Positions 50,835-60,861 of a DNA stretch of 64,000 bases are shown here, piece after piece. Source of the stretch: an uncultured Chloroflexia bacterium (GTDB lineage: Bacteria; Chloroflexota; Limnocylindria; Limnocylindrales; CSP1-4); NCBI GenBank assembly GCA_963766735.1, contig CAVYBU010000003.1, positions 1 to 64,000 of the forward strand. The letters are read 5' to 3'. The notes under the pieces were generated by a model, which had not been told where the DNA came from, searched no databases, and worked only from the letters and a program-made list of their open reading frames with translations. Position 1 is the first letter of the stretch. Each line of letters starts with the position of its first letter. The translations under genes and the position numbers were made by a program.

Positions 50835-53491
50835 TGGCCGACCTCATCGTGCGCCCCGACAGCCCCGTCCAGAGCCGGGTCGAGTCACGCCCGGACACGC
50901 CCGCAGTCCTCGACACGGTCACGGCGCGGGATGACTCCCTCGCCGAGCGGCTGATCACCACCCAGTCACCGCAGCGCCCGCAGAGCACGCCACGTATCCG
51001 CCTGGAGGTGGACGGGCGCCTGATCGAGGGCTTCGAAGGCCAGACGATCCTCGAGGTCTGCCGCGACAACGGGATCGAGATCCCCACCCTCTGCTACGAA
51101 CCCAAGCTGCCGGGCTTCGGCGCCTGCCGGATGTGCGTGGTCGAGGTGGAGGGCGAGGACGCCCCGCCGATCTCCTGCTCGCGCGAGGCCGAGGCGGACA
51201 TGGTTGTCCGCACCCAGACGGACGAGTTGCGCCGGATCCGGCGGACCAACCTCGAGTTGATCTTCTCGGACCACAACGCGTACTGCCTGCCGCCGTGCCA
51301 GAACAAGTGCCCCAGCCACATCGACATCCCGGGCTTCCTGAAGGCCAACGCGGAGGCCAACTGGACCGAGTCCGTGCGCACCTTCAAGCGCACGATCCCG
51401 TTCCCCAGCATCCTGGGACGCGTCTGCCCCGCCCCCTGCGAGGAGCACTGCCGACGGGACGAGGTGGACGAGGCGATCGCCATCCGGGACAGCCACCGCT
51501 ACGCCGGCGACCAGGTCCTGCGGGCCATGCTTGACGAGGGCATCGACCCACCGCTCCCGTTCGAGAAGCAGGCCCCATCCGGGCGCCGGGCGGCTGTCAT
51601 CGGCTCGGGACCGGCCGGCATGAGCGCAGCGTTCTACCTGCTGCTGGCCGGCCACGACGTGACGATCTTCGAGCGGGACCCCGCACCCGGCGGCATGCTC
51701 CGGTACGGCATCCCGCAGTACCGGCTGCCCAAGGTCGAGGTCCTCGAGGCCGAGTACGAGTCGGTGACCCGCCTGGGCGGCAGGATGGTCTGCAACCAGG
51801 AGCTGGGCAGGGACTTCACGCTGGACGACCTGCAGAACCAGGGCTTCGATGCCGTCCTGGTTGCCATCGGCTGCTACGACACCAACAAGCTCGGCATCCC
51901 CGACGAGGACGCCGACGGCGTCATCGACGGCCTCGACTACCTGCGCACGGCCACGCTGGGCCTGGAGTACCCGGGCCACGCCGCCGCGCGCATCGTGGTC
52001 GTGGGCGGCGGCTTCTCCGCGATGGACTGCGTCCGCACCTCCGTCCGCCAGGGCTCGAAGGACGTCACGCTCGTCTACCGCCGCGACATGAAGGACATGC
52101 CGGCCGCCTCCGAGGTCCACGAGGCCATCGAGGAGGGTGTCACCACCATCTTCCAGGCCGGTCCCACGCGTGTCGTCAAGGACGCGAACACGGGCAAGGT
52201 CACCGGCATCGAGTTCATCCGCATGAAGCTCGGTGAGCCCGACGCGTCAGGGCGGCGACGCCCGGAGCCCGCTCCCGATACCGAGTTCATCATCCCCTGC
52301 GACCGCGTGCTGCTGGCCATCGGCCAGGGCCCGGACCTGCGCTGGTTCGGCGCCGGCAACGACGGCGTCACCGCGAACCGCCAGCGCCGCCTCAAGGCCG
52401 ACGCCGTCACGTTCGAGACGGACCGGCCCGGCGTGTTCGCAGCCGGAGACGTCCGGATCGGCGCCGCGACGGTCGTCCAGGCCATCGCCGAGGGCCGCCG
52501 CTCCGCCTACGCCGTGGACGCATACCTGCGCGGCAACGACCTGGCCGCCATCCGGACCCGGCAGACACTCGCCGAGCCGCAACCCGAGTTCCTCTCGATC
52601 GTGCCGTTCACCGGCGAGGTCAAGGAACCGCGCTACCGCCTCCGGGCCCTGGAGCCCGAGGCCCGCAGCGACAGCTACCTCGAGTACGAGATCCCGTACA
52701 CCCGGGACGAGGCCGTCGCGGAGTCCACCCGCTGCCTCCAGTGCACCTGCGAGGCGATCGGCTTCTGCGACCTGCGCCGGCTGGGCATCGAGTACGGCAC
52801 CACCCTGAAGACGCTCGAGAAGGGCTTCCACCAGGGTGCCGGATACCGCTCCGTCACCGAGAACCGGTTCACGGGGCTGAACCACGACTACGTCCGGGAC
52901 GACAGCCACGCGTTCATCCTGCGGGAGCCCGCCCGGTGCATCGACTGCGGCCGCTGCGCCAACGTCTGCGCCGAGGTGGTCGGCGCTGCCTGCTACGACT
53001 TCATGCGGATCGGCTTCGACACCCTGGTGACCACGCCGCTCGACATGAGCCTCAACGACACGCCGTGCGTGTCCTGCGGCCGCTGCGCGGAGACGTGCCC
53101 GACGGGGGCGCTGATGCCCAAGCCCCGGATCCTGCAGAAGTACGAGGTCGACGAGAGCCGCTGCATCCTGTGCGGCATCTGCGTCGACGCCTGCCCCTAC
53201 GACGCCGTCCGCGACAGCGACCAGTTCGAGCTCAGCCACACGTCCCGCGAGGAGCCGTCCATCGATCTCCTCGCGCTGGCCGCGGTCGAGCGCGAGACGG
53301 AGATGAGCTACATCCGCCGCGAGCGCGACTGGGCGGAGCGAGCCCGGGCCGAGGGACGCGTCCTCGACCGGTCCCGGCTCCTGCCCGTGCTCCCCGCCTC
53401 ACTCGCCAATGGGAACGGGAACGGGAACGGGCACCAGGATGCGCCCGCGAACGACCCGGCCAAGTCCATCAACGCTGAGAGGGACGCGTGA
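50834..53491 (+). CDS. Fusion of NuoG-type Fe-S domains, a GltD/SfrB-like FAD-NADPH oxidoreductase and the NuoI C-half
   Basis: GACRMC 2Fe-2S; PPCQNKCP, GRVCPAPCE; GSGPAG; GGGFSAMD..YRR; CIDCGRC, CVSCGRCAETCP; YEVDESRCILCGICVDACP..FEL. Confidence 0.92.
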   Translation: MADLIVRPDSPVQSRVESRPDTPAVLDTVTARDDSLAERLITTQSPQRPQSTPRIRLEVDGRLIEGFEGQTILEVCRDNGIEIPTLCYEPKLPGFGACRMCVVEVEGEDAPPISCSREAEADMVVRTQTDELRRIRRTNLELIFSDHNAYCLPPCQNKCPSHIDIPGFLKANAEANWTESVRTFKRTIPFPSILGRVCPAPCEEHCRRDEVDEAIAIRDSHRYAGDQVLRAMLDEGIDPPLPFEKQAPSGRRAAVIGSGPAGMSAAFYLLLAGHDVTIFERDPAPGGMLRYGIPQYRLPKVEVLEAEYESVTRLGGRMVCNQELGRDFTLDDLQNQGFDAVLVAIGCYDTNKLGIPDEDADGVIDGLDYLRTATLGLEYPGHAAARIVVVGGGFSAMDCVRTSVRQGSKDVTLVYRRDMKDMPAASEVHEAIEEGVTTIFQAGPTRVVKDANTGKVTGIEFIRMKLGEPDASGRRRPEPAPDTEFIIPCDRVLLAIGQGPDLRWFGAGNDGVTANRQRRLKADAVTFETDRPGVFAAGDVRIGAATVVQAIAEGRRSAYAVDAYLRGNDLAAIRTRQTLAEPQPEFLSIVPFTGEVKEPRYRLRALEPEARSDSYLEYEIPYTRDEAVAESTRCLQCTCEAIGFCDLRRLGIEYGTTLKTLEKGFHQGAGYRSVTENRFTGLNHDYVRDDSHAFILREPARCIDCGRCANVCAEVVGAACYDFMRIGFDTLVTTPLDMSLNDTPCVSCGRCAETCPTGALMPKPRILQKYEVDESRCILCGICVDACPYDAVRDSDQFELSHTSREEPSIDLLALAAVERETEMSYIRRERDWAERARAEGRVLDRSRLLPVLPASLANGNGNGNGHQDAPANDPAKSINAERDA

Positions 53492-54024
53492 CGCTGCCGG
53501 AGACGATCCCGCTGCTCGGGTTCGGGTGGGATGACCTGCTGTTCATGATTCTGGCCGGGATCATGGTCGGGTCGGCGCTGCTGGTCGTGACCATGAAGGA
53601 CATCATCCGCTGCGGCCTGGCGATGATCGTGTGCTTCGCGGCACTCGCGGGGCTGTACGTGTTCGCGGGCGCACCACTGGTCGCCGGTGCCCAGGTGCTG
53701 GTCTACATCGGTGCCATCAGCGTCCTTGTCCTGTTCGCGATCATGCTGACCCAGACGAAGGCCGGTCCCGCAGCGCTCGTGTTCCAGACGCAGGCCATCC
53801 CGGCCGCGATCGCGGCCGTGGTGCTGGCGCTGCTGATCGCCGTCTCAGTTGCGTCCACCGACTGGCCGGAGGCCGGCGCCCGGATCTGGACGGACACGAC
53901 CGCGATGGCGACGACGCTGTTCGCGGACTTCACGCTCCCGTTCGAGGTCGTGAGCGTGCTGCTCCTGGCCGCGGTCGTCGGTGCCGTGTACATCGCCAGG
54001 CGCGAGCCGGGAGGGAGCGACTGA
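53488..54024 (+). CDS. nuoJ: Complex I subunit J
   Basis: QVLVYIGAISVL.LFAIML, PFEVVSVLLL. Confidence 0.95.
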   Translation: MTLPETIPLLGFGWDDLLFMILAGIMVGSALLVVTMKDIIRCGLAMIVCFAALAGLYVFAGAPLVAGAQVLVYIGAISVLVLFAIMLTQTKAGPAALVFQTQAIPAAIAAVVLALLIAVSVASTDWPEAGARIWTDTTAMATTLFADFTLPFEVVSVLLLAAVVGAVYIARREPGGSD

Positions 54025-54356
54025 TGTTCTCCTTCCTCGACAACGTCTCGCAGAGCCTGGACGCCTACCTGGTCCTGGCCGGCCTGCTGTTCGCCATCGG
54101 CGCGTTCGGCTTCCTGGCCCGCCGGAACGCGATCAGCATGCTGATGTCCATCGAGCTGATGCTCAACGCGGTGAACCTCTCGATCATCGCGTTCGGGGCA
54201 TTCACCACCTCGCTGCGCGAGAGCGCCTCCGTGATCGCGCTGATCGTCATTGCGGCCGCGGCGGCCGAGGCGACGATCGGCCTGGCGATCGTGATCGCGA
54301 TCTACCGCAACCGGAAGACGCCGCTCGTCGACGAGTACGACGCGATGCGGCAGTAG
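54024..54356 (+). CDS. nuoK: Complex I subunit K
   Basis: RRNAISMLMSIELMLNA, AAAEA.IGLAI. Confidence 0.95.
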   Translation: MFSFLDNVSQSLDAYLVLAGLLFAIGAFGFLARRNAISMLMSIELMLNAVNLSIIAFGAFTTSLRESASVIALIVIAAAAAEATIGLAIVIAIYRNRKTPLVDEYDAMRQ

Positions 54357-54368
54357 GCGGCGATCACG

Positions 54369-56419
54369 ATGTACCCCCTCCTGAACACCTTGTTCGCCTC
54401 CGAGGGAGAGGCCGTCGTCACCGGAGCGGTGGATCCGGGGATCTACCCCCTGCTGATCGCGCTGATCCCGTTGCTGCCTATCCTCGGCTTCGCCTTCACC
54501 GCCCTGTTCGGGCGCCGGCTGCAGGCGAAGGGGGGCGGACCGCCGCCGAGATCGTGCCGGTGGGCATCGTCATCGCGGTCTGGGTGATCGCGATGATGGT
54601 CATCGTCCCGGCGCTGACCCACGCGGAGCCCTTCGGCGAGCACGGCCTGGACGTCACGCTCTGGACGTGGATCCCCGCCGGGGACTTCGTGGTGAACATG
54701 GGATTCCACGTGGATGCCCTGACCGCGGCGCTCCTGATCGTCGTCACGACCATCGGCATGCTCGTGCACATCTACTCGATCGGGTACATGGCGCACGACC
54801 CGGGCACGTGGCGGTTCTTCGCCTACCTCAACCTGTTCATGTTCTCGATGCTCGTGCTCGTGCTGGCGGACAACTGGGTGCTGGTGTTCGCGGGCTGGGA
54901 GCTGGTGGGCCTGTCCTCGTACTCGCTGATCGGGTTCTGGTACCCGAAGCGGTCCGCGGCGCTGGCCGCCAAGAAGGCGTTCATCGTGAACCGCGTCGGC
55001 GACGTGGGCTTCGCGCTCGGGATCATGGCGATCTGGGTCAATACCGGGACGCTGAACATCCAGGAATTGCTTGCCAGGCTGATCGAGATGCCGGCCGCAG
55101 AGCTGACGATCCCGCTCGTGGTCGTCGCGCTGCTCGTGTTCGCAGGCGCGATGGGCAAGAGCGCCCAGTTCCCGCTGCACGTCTGGCTCCCGGACGCGAT
55201 GGAGGGCCCGACCCCGGTCTCCGCCCTGATCCACGCTGCCACCATGGTCAACGCCGGCGTCTACCTCGTCGCGCGCGCCAACCCGCTGTTCGCGCACGCG
55301 CAGGAAGCGATGGTCGTCGTTGCGGCGATCGGCATCTTCACCGCCATCCTCGCGGCGTCGATCGCGTTCACCCAGACCGACATCAAGCGCGTGCTCGCGT
55401 ACTCCACCCTCTCGCAGCTGGGCTACATGTTCGCCGCGCTGGGCGTGGGCGCCTACGTCGCGGCCATCTTCCACCTCATGACCCACGGCTTCTTCAAGGG
55501 CCTCCTGTTCCTCGGGTCGGGCTCGGTCATCCACGCGGTGGACGGCGAGCAGGACATGAACCGGATGGGAAGGCTGTGGCGGAAGATCCCGATCACGCAC
55601 TGGACGATGCTCGTGGGCACGATCGCGATCGCGGGCATCCCGCCGCTCGCGGGCTTCTTCTCCAAGGACGAGATCCTGGGCGAGGCGTTCAAGTTCGGGT
55701 TCTACTGGGTCTGGGGTATCGGCCTGGTGGTCGCGGCGATGACCGCGTTCTACATGTGGCGCCTGATGGGCAAGACGTTCTACGGCGAGTCCCACGTGGA
55801 CCCGAGCGTGGAGCCCAAGGTCCACGAGTCGCCGTGGACCATGACCCTGCCGCTCGTCCTGCTCGCGATCCCGGCCGCGTTGCTGGGCATCGCCCTGGGC
55901 ACGCCGCTCGGTGCCTCGACCCTCAAGGGCTGGCTGGAGCCGGTCTTCGTCGAGTCCGAGGAGTACCTCTACGGCGAGCCGCACGCGTACGAGCTGTTCG
56001 GCATCGACGGGTACCTGATCCTGGCCAGCGTCGCCGTGGCAACCCTCGGCCTGATCCTCGGGATCTGGCTGTTCGGCGCCTTCAAGCGCCGGGGCAAGCC
56101 GGAGCGCGTCCGGCAGCTGACCAACGCGAACGGCGCGACGCGGTTCCTCTACCGCGCGACGCTCAACAAGTGGTGGTTCGACGAGCTCAACGACCTGCTG
56201 TTCATCCGCATCGGCGGGCGCATCGCCGCCGCCATGTGGTGGTTCGACCGATCCATCGTGGACGGTGCCGTCAACGGCGTCGGCAGCGTGACCCGCGGCG
56301 CGGGCGGCGGGCTGCGTCAGATCCAGACGGGGCGTGTCCAGAACTACGCGCTGGGCATCGCGATCGGGTTGATCGTGATGGCGGCCTCGTTCCTCCTGAT
56401 CGTGGGGCAGCCCCGATGA
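54369..56419 (+). CDS. nuoL: Complex I subunit L (1-nt frameshift in the G-run at ~54530-54535, likely a sequencing error)
   Basis: N-terminus LIPLLPILGF in one frame continues as RTAAEIVP..YSIGYM, GWELVG, GKSAQFPL, EGPTPVSALIHAATMV, QTGRVQNY. Confidence 0.93.
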
Positions 56420-57963
56420 TCGACCTCTCCGGGCTGCACCTGGTGACCCTGGTCACCTTCCTGCCCCTGCTGGGCGCTCTCGTGATCGCGTTCACGCCGA
56501 CCAGCCGGCCGAACGTCGCGCGCTACACCGCGCTCGGTTTCGCCCTCCTCGCGTGGGTCGCCTCGCTCGCGCTGCTGGTCGCCTTCGTGGCCGGTGCGGA
56601 TGGCTTCCAGTTCGTCGACCAGGTCGACTGGATCCCGATGTTCGGCATCCAGTACAAGGTGGGCGTGGACGGGCTCTCGCTCGTGCTCGTGGTCCTCACC
56701 ACGACCCTCACCTGGATCAGCATCCTCGCCTCCTTCGGCCCGATCCAGAACCGGGTGAAGGAGTACATGATCTCGTTCCTCGTCCTCGAGGTGGGGATGA
56801 CGGGCGTGTTCGTTGCGATGGACCTGTTCCTGTTCTACATCTTCTGGGAGCTGGTCCTCGTCCCGATGTACCTGATCATCGGGATCTGGGGCGGCAAGAA
56901 CCGCATCTACGCCACCATCAAGTTCGTCCTCTACACCCTGGTCGGGTCGCTGCTGATGCTGGTCGCGATCCTGGCCGCCGCCTTCACCTACCAGACCACC
57001 AACGGGTGGGCAGGGGCGTTCGACGTCGGGAAGCTCACCGAGTTCGCGGCCGCCGGCAACTTCGACGGCACCTTCGGCTTCTTCGCGTTCGCGGCATTCG
57101 CGCTCGCCTTTGCGATCAAGGTCCCGATGTTCCCGTTCCACACCTGGCTCCCGGACGCCCACGTGGAGGCGCCCACGGCGGGCTCCGTCATCCTGGCCGG
57201 CGTCCTGCTGAAGCTGGGTGGCTACGGGTTCATCCGGTTCGCGATCCCGCTGTTCCCGGAGGCGGCGCAGACCTGGGCCCCGCTGATCATCGTGATGAGC
57301 CTGATCGCGATCATCTACGGCGCGATCGTCGCCCTGGTCCAGCCAGACCTCAAGAAGCTGGTCGCCTATTCGTCGGTCAGCCACATGGGCTTCGTGACCC
57401 TGGGCATCTTCGTGTTCCAGGAACAGGGCATGCAGGGGGCCATCCTCCAGATGGTCAACCACGGGCTCATCACCGGCGCACTCTTCCTCCTCGTGGGCGT
57501 GATCTACGAGCGCACCCACGATCGGACGATCGCCAAGATGGGCGGGCTGGGGTCGAAGACCCCTGTGTACGCCGCCGCGTTCGGGTTCTTCGTCTTCGCC
57601 TCGGTCGGCCTGCCGGGCCTGTCCGGGTTCGTGGGCGAGTTCCTGGTCCTGGTCGGAACGTTCGCCTTCAACCCCGCCGCCGCCGCGATCGCGACCTTCG
57701 TGATGATCCTTGCCGCCGGGTACCTGCTCTGGATGTTCCAGCGAGTGGCCTTCGGCGAGCTGTCGGGGTTCCTCAAGGGTCTCGGCGACCACCTCACCGA
57801 CCTCCGCCCTGTCGAGGCACTCACGCTTGTGCCGCTGGGCGCGCTGGTCGTGGTGTTCGGCCTCTTCCCGGGCCTGCTCCTGGACCTGATCGCCGGTTCC
57901 GTGACGAACGCACTCGCCGCGGTGCAACAGGCTGCACCCATCGCCCTCGGCCTGTGGCGGTAG
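56416..57963 (+). CDS. nuoM: Complex I subunit M
   Basis: GVDGLS, FWE..LVPM, KVPMFPFHTWLPDAHVEAPT, LVAYSSVSHMG, FVGEF. Confidence 0.96.
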   Translation: MIDLSGLHLVTLVTFLPLLGALVIAFTPTSRPNVARYTALGFALLAWVASLALLVAFVAGADGFQFVDQVDWIPMFGIQYKVGVDGLSLVLVVLTTTLTWISILASFGPIQNRVKEYMISFLVLEVGMTGVFVAMDLFLFYIFWELVLVPMYLIIGIWGGKNRIYATIKFVLYTLVGSLLMLVAILAAAFTYQTTNGWAGAFDVGKLTEFAAAGNFDGTFGFFAFAAFALAFAIKVPMFPFHTWLPDAHVEAPTAGSVILAGVLLKLGGYGFIRFAIPLFPEAAQTWAPLIIVMSLIAIIYGAIVALVQPDLKKLVAYSSVSHMGFVTLGIFVFQEQGMQGAILQMVNHGLITGALFLLVGVIYERTHDRTIAKMGGLGSKTPVYAAAFGFFVFASVGLPGLSGFVGEFLVLVGTFAFNPAAAAIATFVMILAAGYLLWMFQRVAFGELSGFLKGLGDHLTDLRPVEALTLVPLGALVVVFGLFPGLLLDLIAGSVTNALAAVQQAAPIALGLWR

Positions 57964-57973
57964 GAGGACACCC

Positions 57974-59437
57974 GTGATCTTCTCCGACGCCGTCACGCTG
58001 GCGCCGTTCATCGCCGCGGTGCTGCTGGCAGCCGCGATCATCGTCGTCGACTTCATCGTGCCCGGCCGCAAGGTCCCGGTGCTCGCGGTGACGTTTGTCG
58101 GCCTTGCGCTCGTCGCCGGGCTGATCGTCCTCACGGGCCAGACCGGATCCACGGCCTTCAACGGCTCCTACGTGGTGGACCCGCTGACCACGTTCCTGGA
58201 CGTGCTGTTCGTGGCGATCGTCGCGCTGAGCGTCGCGTTCGCGCCGGACTACATGGAGGAGCGCGGCCTGCCGGTGGCCGAGTTCAGCGCGATCCTCGTG
58301 TTCGCGATGTCGGGCGCCATGCTCCTTGCCGGGTCGGCGGACCTGCTGCTGCTGTTCCTGGGCCTGGAGCTCATGGTCCTGCCCGGGTACATCCTGGCCG
58401 GCTACCACAAGTCGGACGGCTTCTCGACCGAGGGCGCGATCAAGTACTTCCTGCTCGGGTCCTTCTCCTCCGCCATCTTCCTGTTCGGGCTCGCGTTCGT
58501 GTGGGGCATGACCGGCACCACCCGGATCGATGGCGTGGCGCAATCCCTGGCCGCGCTCGTGAGCGGCACCGCGGCGCTCTCGCCGGGCCTGGCCCTTGGC
58601 CTCGCGTTCATGACCACGGGCGTGGCATTCAAGATCGCCGCCGTCCCGTTCCACTACTGGACGCCGGATGCGTACCAGGGCTCCCCGACCCCGGTCACCG
58701 GCTATCTGTCGGTCGGGCCGAAGATCGGGGCGTTCGCACTGATCATCCGGCTCTTCGGCGAAGCGCTCGGTCCCCTCGCGCTGGACTGGAACATCGTGAT
58801 CATGGTGCTGGCGGCCCTGACGATGACCCTTGGCAACCTGGTCGCGCTGACCCAGGACAACGTCAAGCGGATGCTCGCGTACTCCTCGATCGCACACACC
58901 GGCTACATGCTGGTCGGGTTCGCGGCGTTCGCGGCCGGTGAGATCCAGGGCCTCGAGGGGCTGCTCTTCTACAGCGCCGCGTACGCGTTCATGAACCTGG
59001 GCGCATTCGCCGTGATCGCGGCCCTCCAGAAGCGCCGTGCGGTGACCAGCAACCTGTCCACCTTCGCGGGCCTCATCCGCCGTGAGCCGGTCCTGGCGTT
59101 GATGATGACCCTGTTCATGCTGTCCCTCACGGGCATCCCGCCCACGGCCGGGTTCTTCGGCAAGTTCTACGTGATCCTCTCGGCGGTCCAGGCCGGTGGG
59201 TGGCTGACCGCCCTCGCGATCCTTGCGGTGCTCAACGCGGCGGTGGCGGCGTTCTACTACCTGCGCGTCGTGGTCTACATGTTCATGCGGGAACCGGAGG
59301 GCGAGATCCCGGTGATGCCGCACGGGCGCCTCGTCTGGGCCGGACTGGTGGTGGCAACGGTGTTGACGGTGGCGCTGGGCCTGTTCCCCAACGCCCTGCT
59401 GGACATCGTCGAGGGCGCGGCCGCGGCGATCGGCTAG
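57974..59437 (+). CDS. nuoN: Complex I subunit N
   Basis: EGAIKYFLLG, FKIAAVPFH.W.PDAYQGSPT, KRMLAYSSIAH, GIPPTAGFFGK. Confidence 0.96.
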   Translation: MIFSDAVTLAPFIAAVLLAAAIIVVDFIVPGRKVPVLAVTFVGLALVAGLIVLTGQTGSTAFNGSYVVDPLTTFLDVLFVAIVALSVAFAPDYMEERGLPVAEFSAILVFAMSGAMLLAGSADLLLLFLGLELMVLPGYILAGYHKSDGFSTEGAIKYFLLGSFSSAIFLFGLAFVWGMTGTTRIDGVAQSLAALVSGTAALSPGLALGLAFMTTGVAFKIAAVPFHYWTPDAYQGSPTPVTGYLSVGPKIGAFALIIRLFGEALGPLALDWNIVIMVLAALTMTLGNLVALTQDNVKRMLAYSSIAHTGYMLVGFAAFAAGEIQGLEGLLFYSAAYAFMNLGAFAVIAALQKRRAVTSNLSTFAGLIRREPVLALMMTLFMLSLTGIPPTAGFFGKFYVILSAVQAGGWLTALAILAVLNAAVAAFYYLRVVVYMFMREPEGEIPVMPHGRLVWAGLVVATVLTVALGLFPNALLDIVEGAAAAIG

Positions 59438-59486
59438 GTCCGGGCCCGGAACACATGGGGACTGGGGCCAGCCTCCCCGCGACACC

Positions 59487-60113
59487 ATGATCGACGCGCT
59501 TGCCACGGGCGCCCTGTTCGGGCTGTCGGCCGGCCTCGCCCCGGGTCCGCTGCTCGCGCTTGTCATCTCACAGACCGTGCGCCACGGCCTTGGCCAGGGA
59601 GTGCGGGTGGCGCTCGCCCCGCTGGTCACGGACCTGCCGATCGTCATTGTCTCCGCGCTCCTCGTGGGAACCGTGGCCGGCGCGTCCGGGCCGCTGACGG
59701 TCATCGCCCTGGCAGGTGCCGCCTTCGTCTCGTGGCTGGCCTGGGACACCTGGCGGGCACAGCCGCCGGGCATGCTCCTCGAGGGCGAGACGCCACCGGC
59801 GCCGCGATCGTGGACCCGTGGGGTCGTGGCCAACGGGCTCAGCCCGCATCCCTGGCTGTTCTGGATCGTCGTTGGCGCACCGACGCTGCTCTCCGCGTAC
59901 TCCAGCGGCGGGGTGCCGACAGCAGCCGCGTTCCTGCTCGGGTTCTACGGATGCCTCCTCGGGTCGAAGCTGGGCATCGCGCTGGCGGTCGGGCGGACGC
60001 GAGGTCGTGTCGCCGGGCGCGGCTACCGGTTGACCATGCGCGTGCTGGCGGTGCTGCTGGTCGCGTTCGCCGTCGGGCTGCTGCGCGAGGGACTGCTCCT
60101 GGTGACCGGCTGA
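59487..60113 (+). CDS. LysE-family translocator
   Basis: GLSAGLAPGP, G...G, NGLSPHPWLFW. Confidence 0.88.
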   Translation: MIDALATGALFGLSAGLAPGPLLALVISQTVRHGLGQGVRVALAPLVTDLPIVIVSALLVGTVAGASGPLTVIALAGAAFVSWLAWDTWRAQPPGMLLEGETPPAPRSWTRGVVANGLSPHPWLFWIVVGAPTLLSAYSSGGVPTAAAFLLGFYGCLLGSKLGIALAVGRTRGRVAGRGYRLTMRVLAVLLVAFAVGLLREGLLLVTG

Positions 60114-60128
60114 CGGCCACGCGCGGCG

Positions 60129-60794
60129 TCAGGGAGTGACGGTCACCCCTGGCAGGATCGACCCGAGGCCGGCGGCCATCACATCCGGACCGATCCCACC
60201 CAGCGCACCGTCGCGCACGATCCCATCCTTGTCGATCCAGAAGTGGACTGGAAGGGCAAGGGCACCCCACGCGGCCTGCGCGGTGCCGTCCGTGTCCAGC
60301 CCGACCGGGAAGGTCATGCCCACCTCGGCGGCAAACGCGGCAACCGCGGCCTCGTCCTCGCGCACGTCCACGGGGACGACGACGATGTCCGTGTCCTCGT
60401 AGCGTGCTGCGAAACCGGCCATGAGCGGCAGTTCGTCCACGCAAGACGGGCACCACGTGGCCATGAAGTTGACCCAGACCGGCTTGCCCCTGAGCGCGGC
60501 GAGGTCGATCGTGCCGCCTCCGACCTTCGGGACCACCAGCGGCGGCGCCGGCTGTCCGACGCCAAACGCCTCGGAGCCGGCGGTGGCCGACGGCTCTGCG
60601 GGAGTTGGAGTGGCCGGCGATGCCGTGGGAGTGGGGGCGGGTGACGGGAACGGCGTTGGCTCCGCGGTCGGTGTCGGCGCGGGTGAGGCCGCGGGTGCGG
60701 GCCCCGGCAGGAACGCGACCAGCCCACCAATGATGAGGCCTCCCACGACGACGCCCGTGACAAGCCCCAGTGCGATGACAGTCCTCCCACCCAT
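60129..60794 (-). CDS. Membrane-anchored TlpA/ResA-like thiol-disulfide oxidoreductase
   Basis: TM + PT-rich linker, NFMATWCPSC..ELP, LPVHFWIDKDG. Confidence 0.92.
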   Translation of the reverse strand: MGGRTVIALGLVTGVVVGGLIIGGLVAFLPGPAPAASPAPTPTAEPTPFPSPAPTPTASPATPTPAEPSATAGSEAFGVGQPAPPLVVPKVGGGTIDLAALRGKPVWVNFMATWCPSCVDELPLMAGFAARYEDTDIVVVPVDVREDEAAVAAFAAEVGMTFPVGLDTDGTAQAAWGALALPVHFWIDKDGIVRDGALGGIGPDVMAAGLGSILPGVTVTP

Positions 60795-60861
60795 CTGGCG
60801 AGCGTACCAGCACTAACGGGGAGAGGCACGTTCCTCCGGAGTCAACTAGGATTCGCGCGCC

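Noticed and set aside
54525-54540. nuoL frameshift as a pseudogene or programmed/phase-variable frameshift
   Set aside because: It is one missing base in a G-run. Similar 1-nt losses at ~26360 and probably ~63555 point to consensus errors, and the rest of nuoL is intact.
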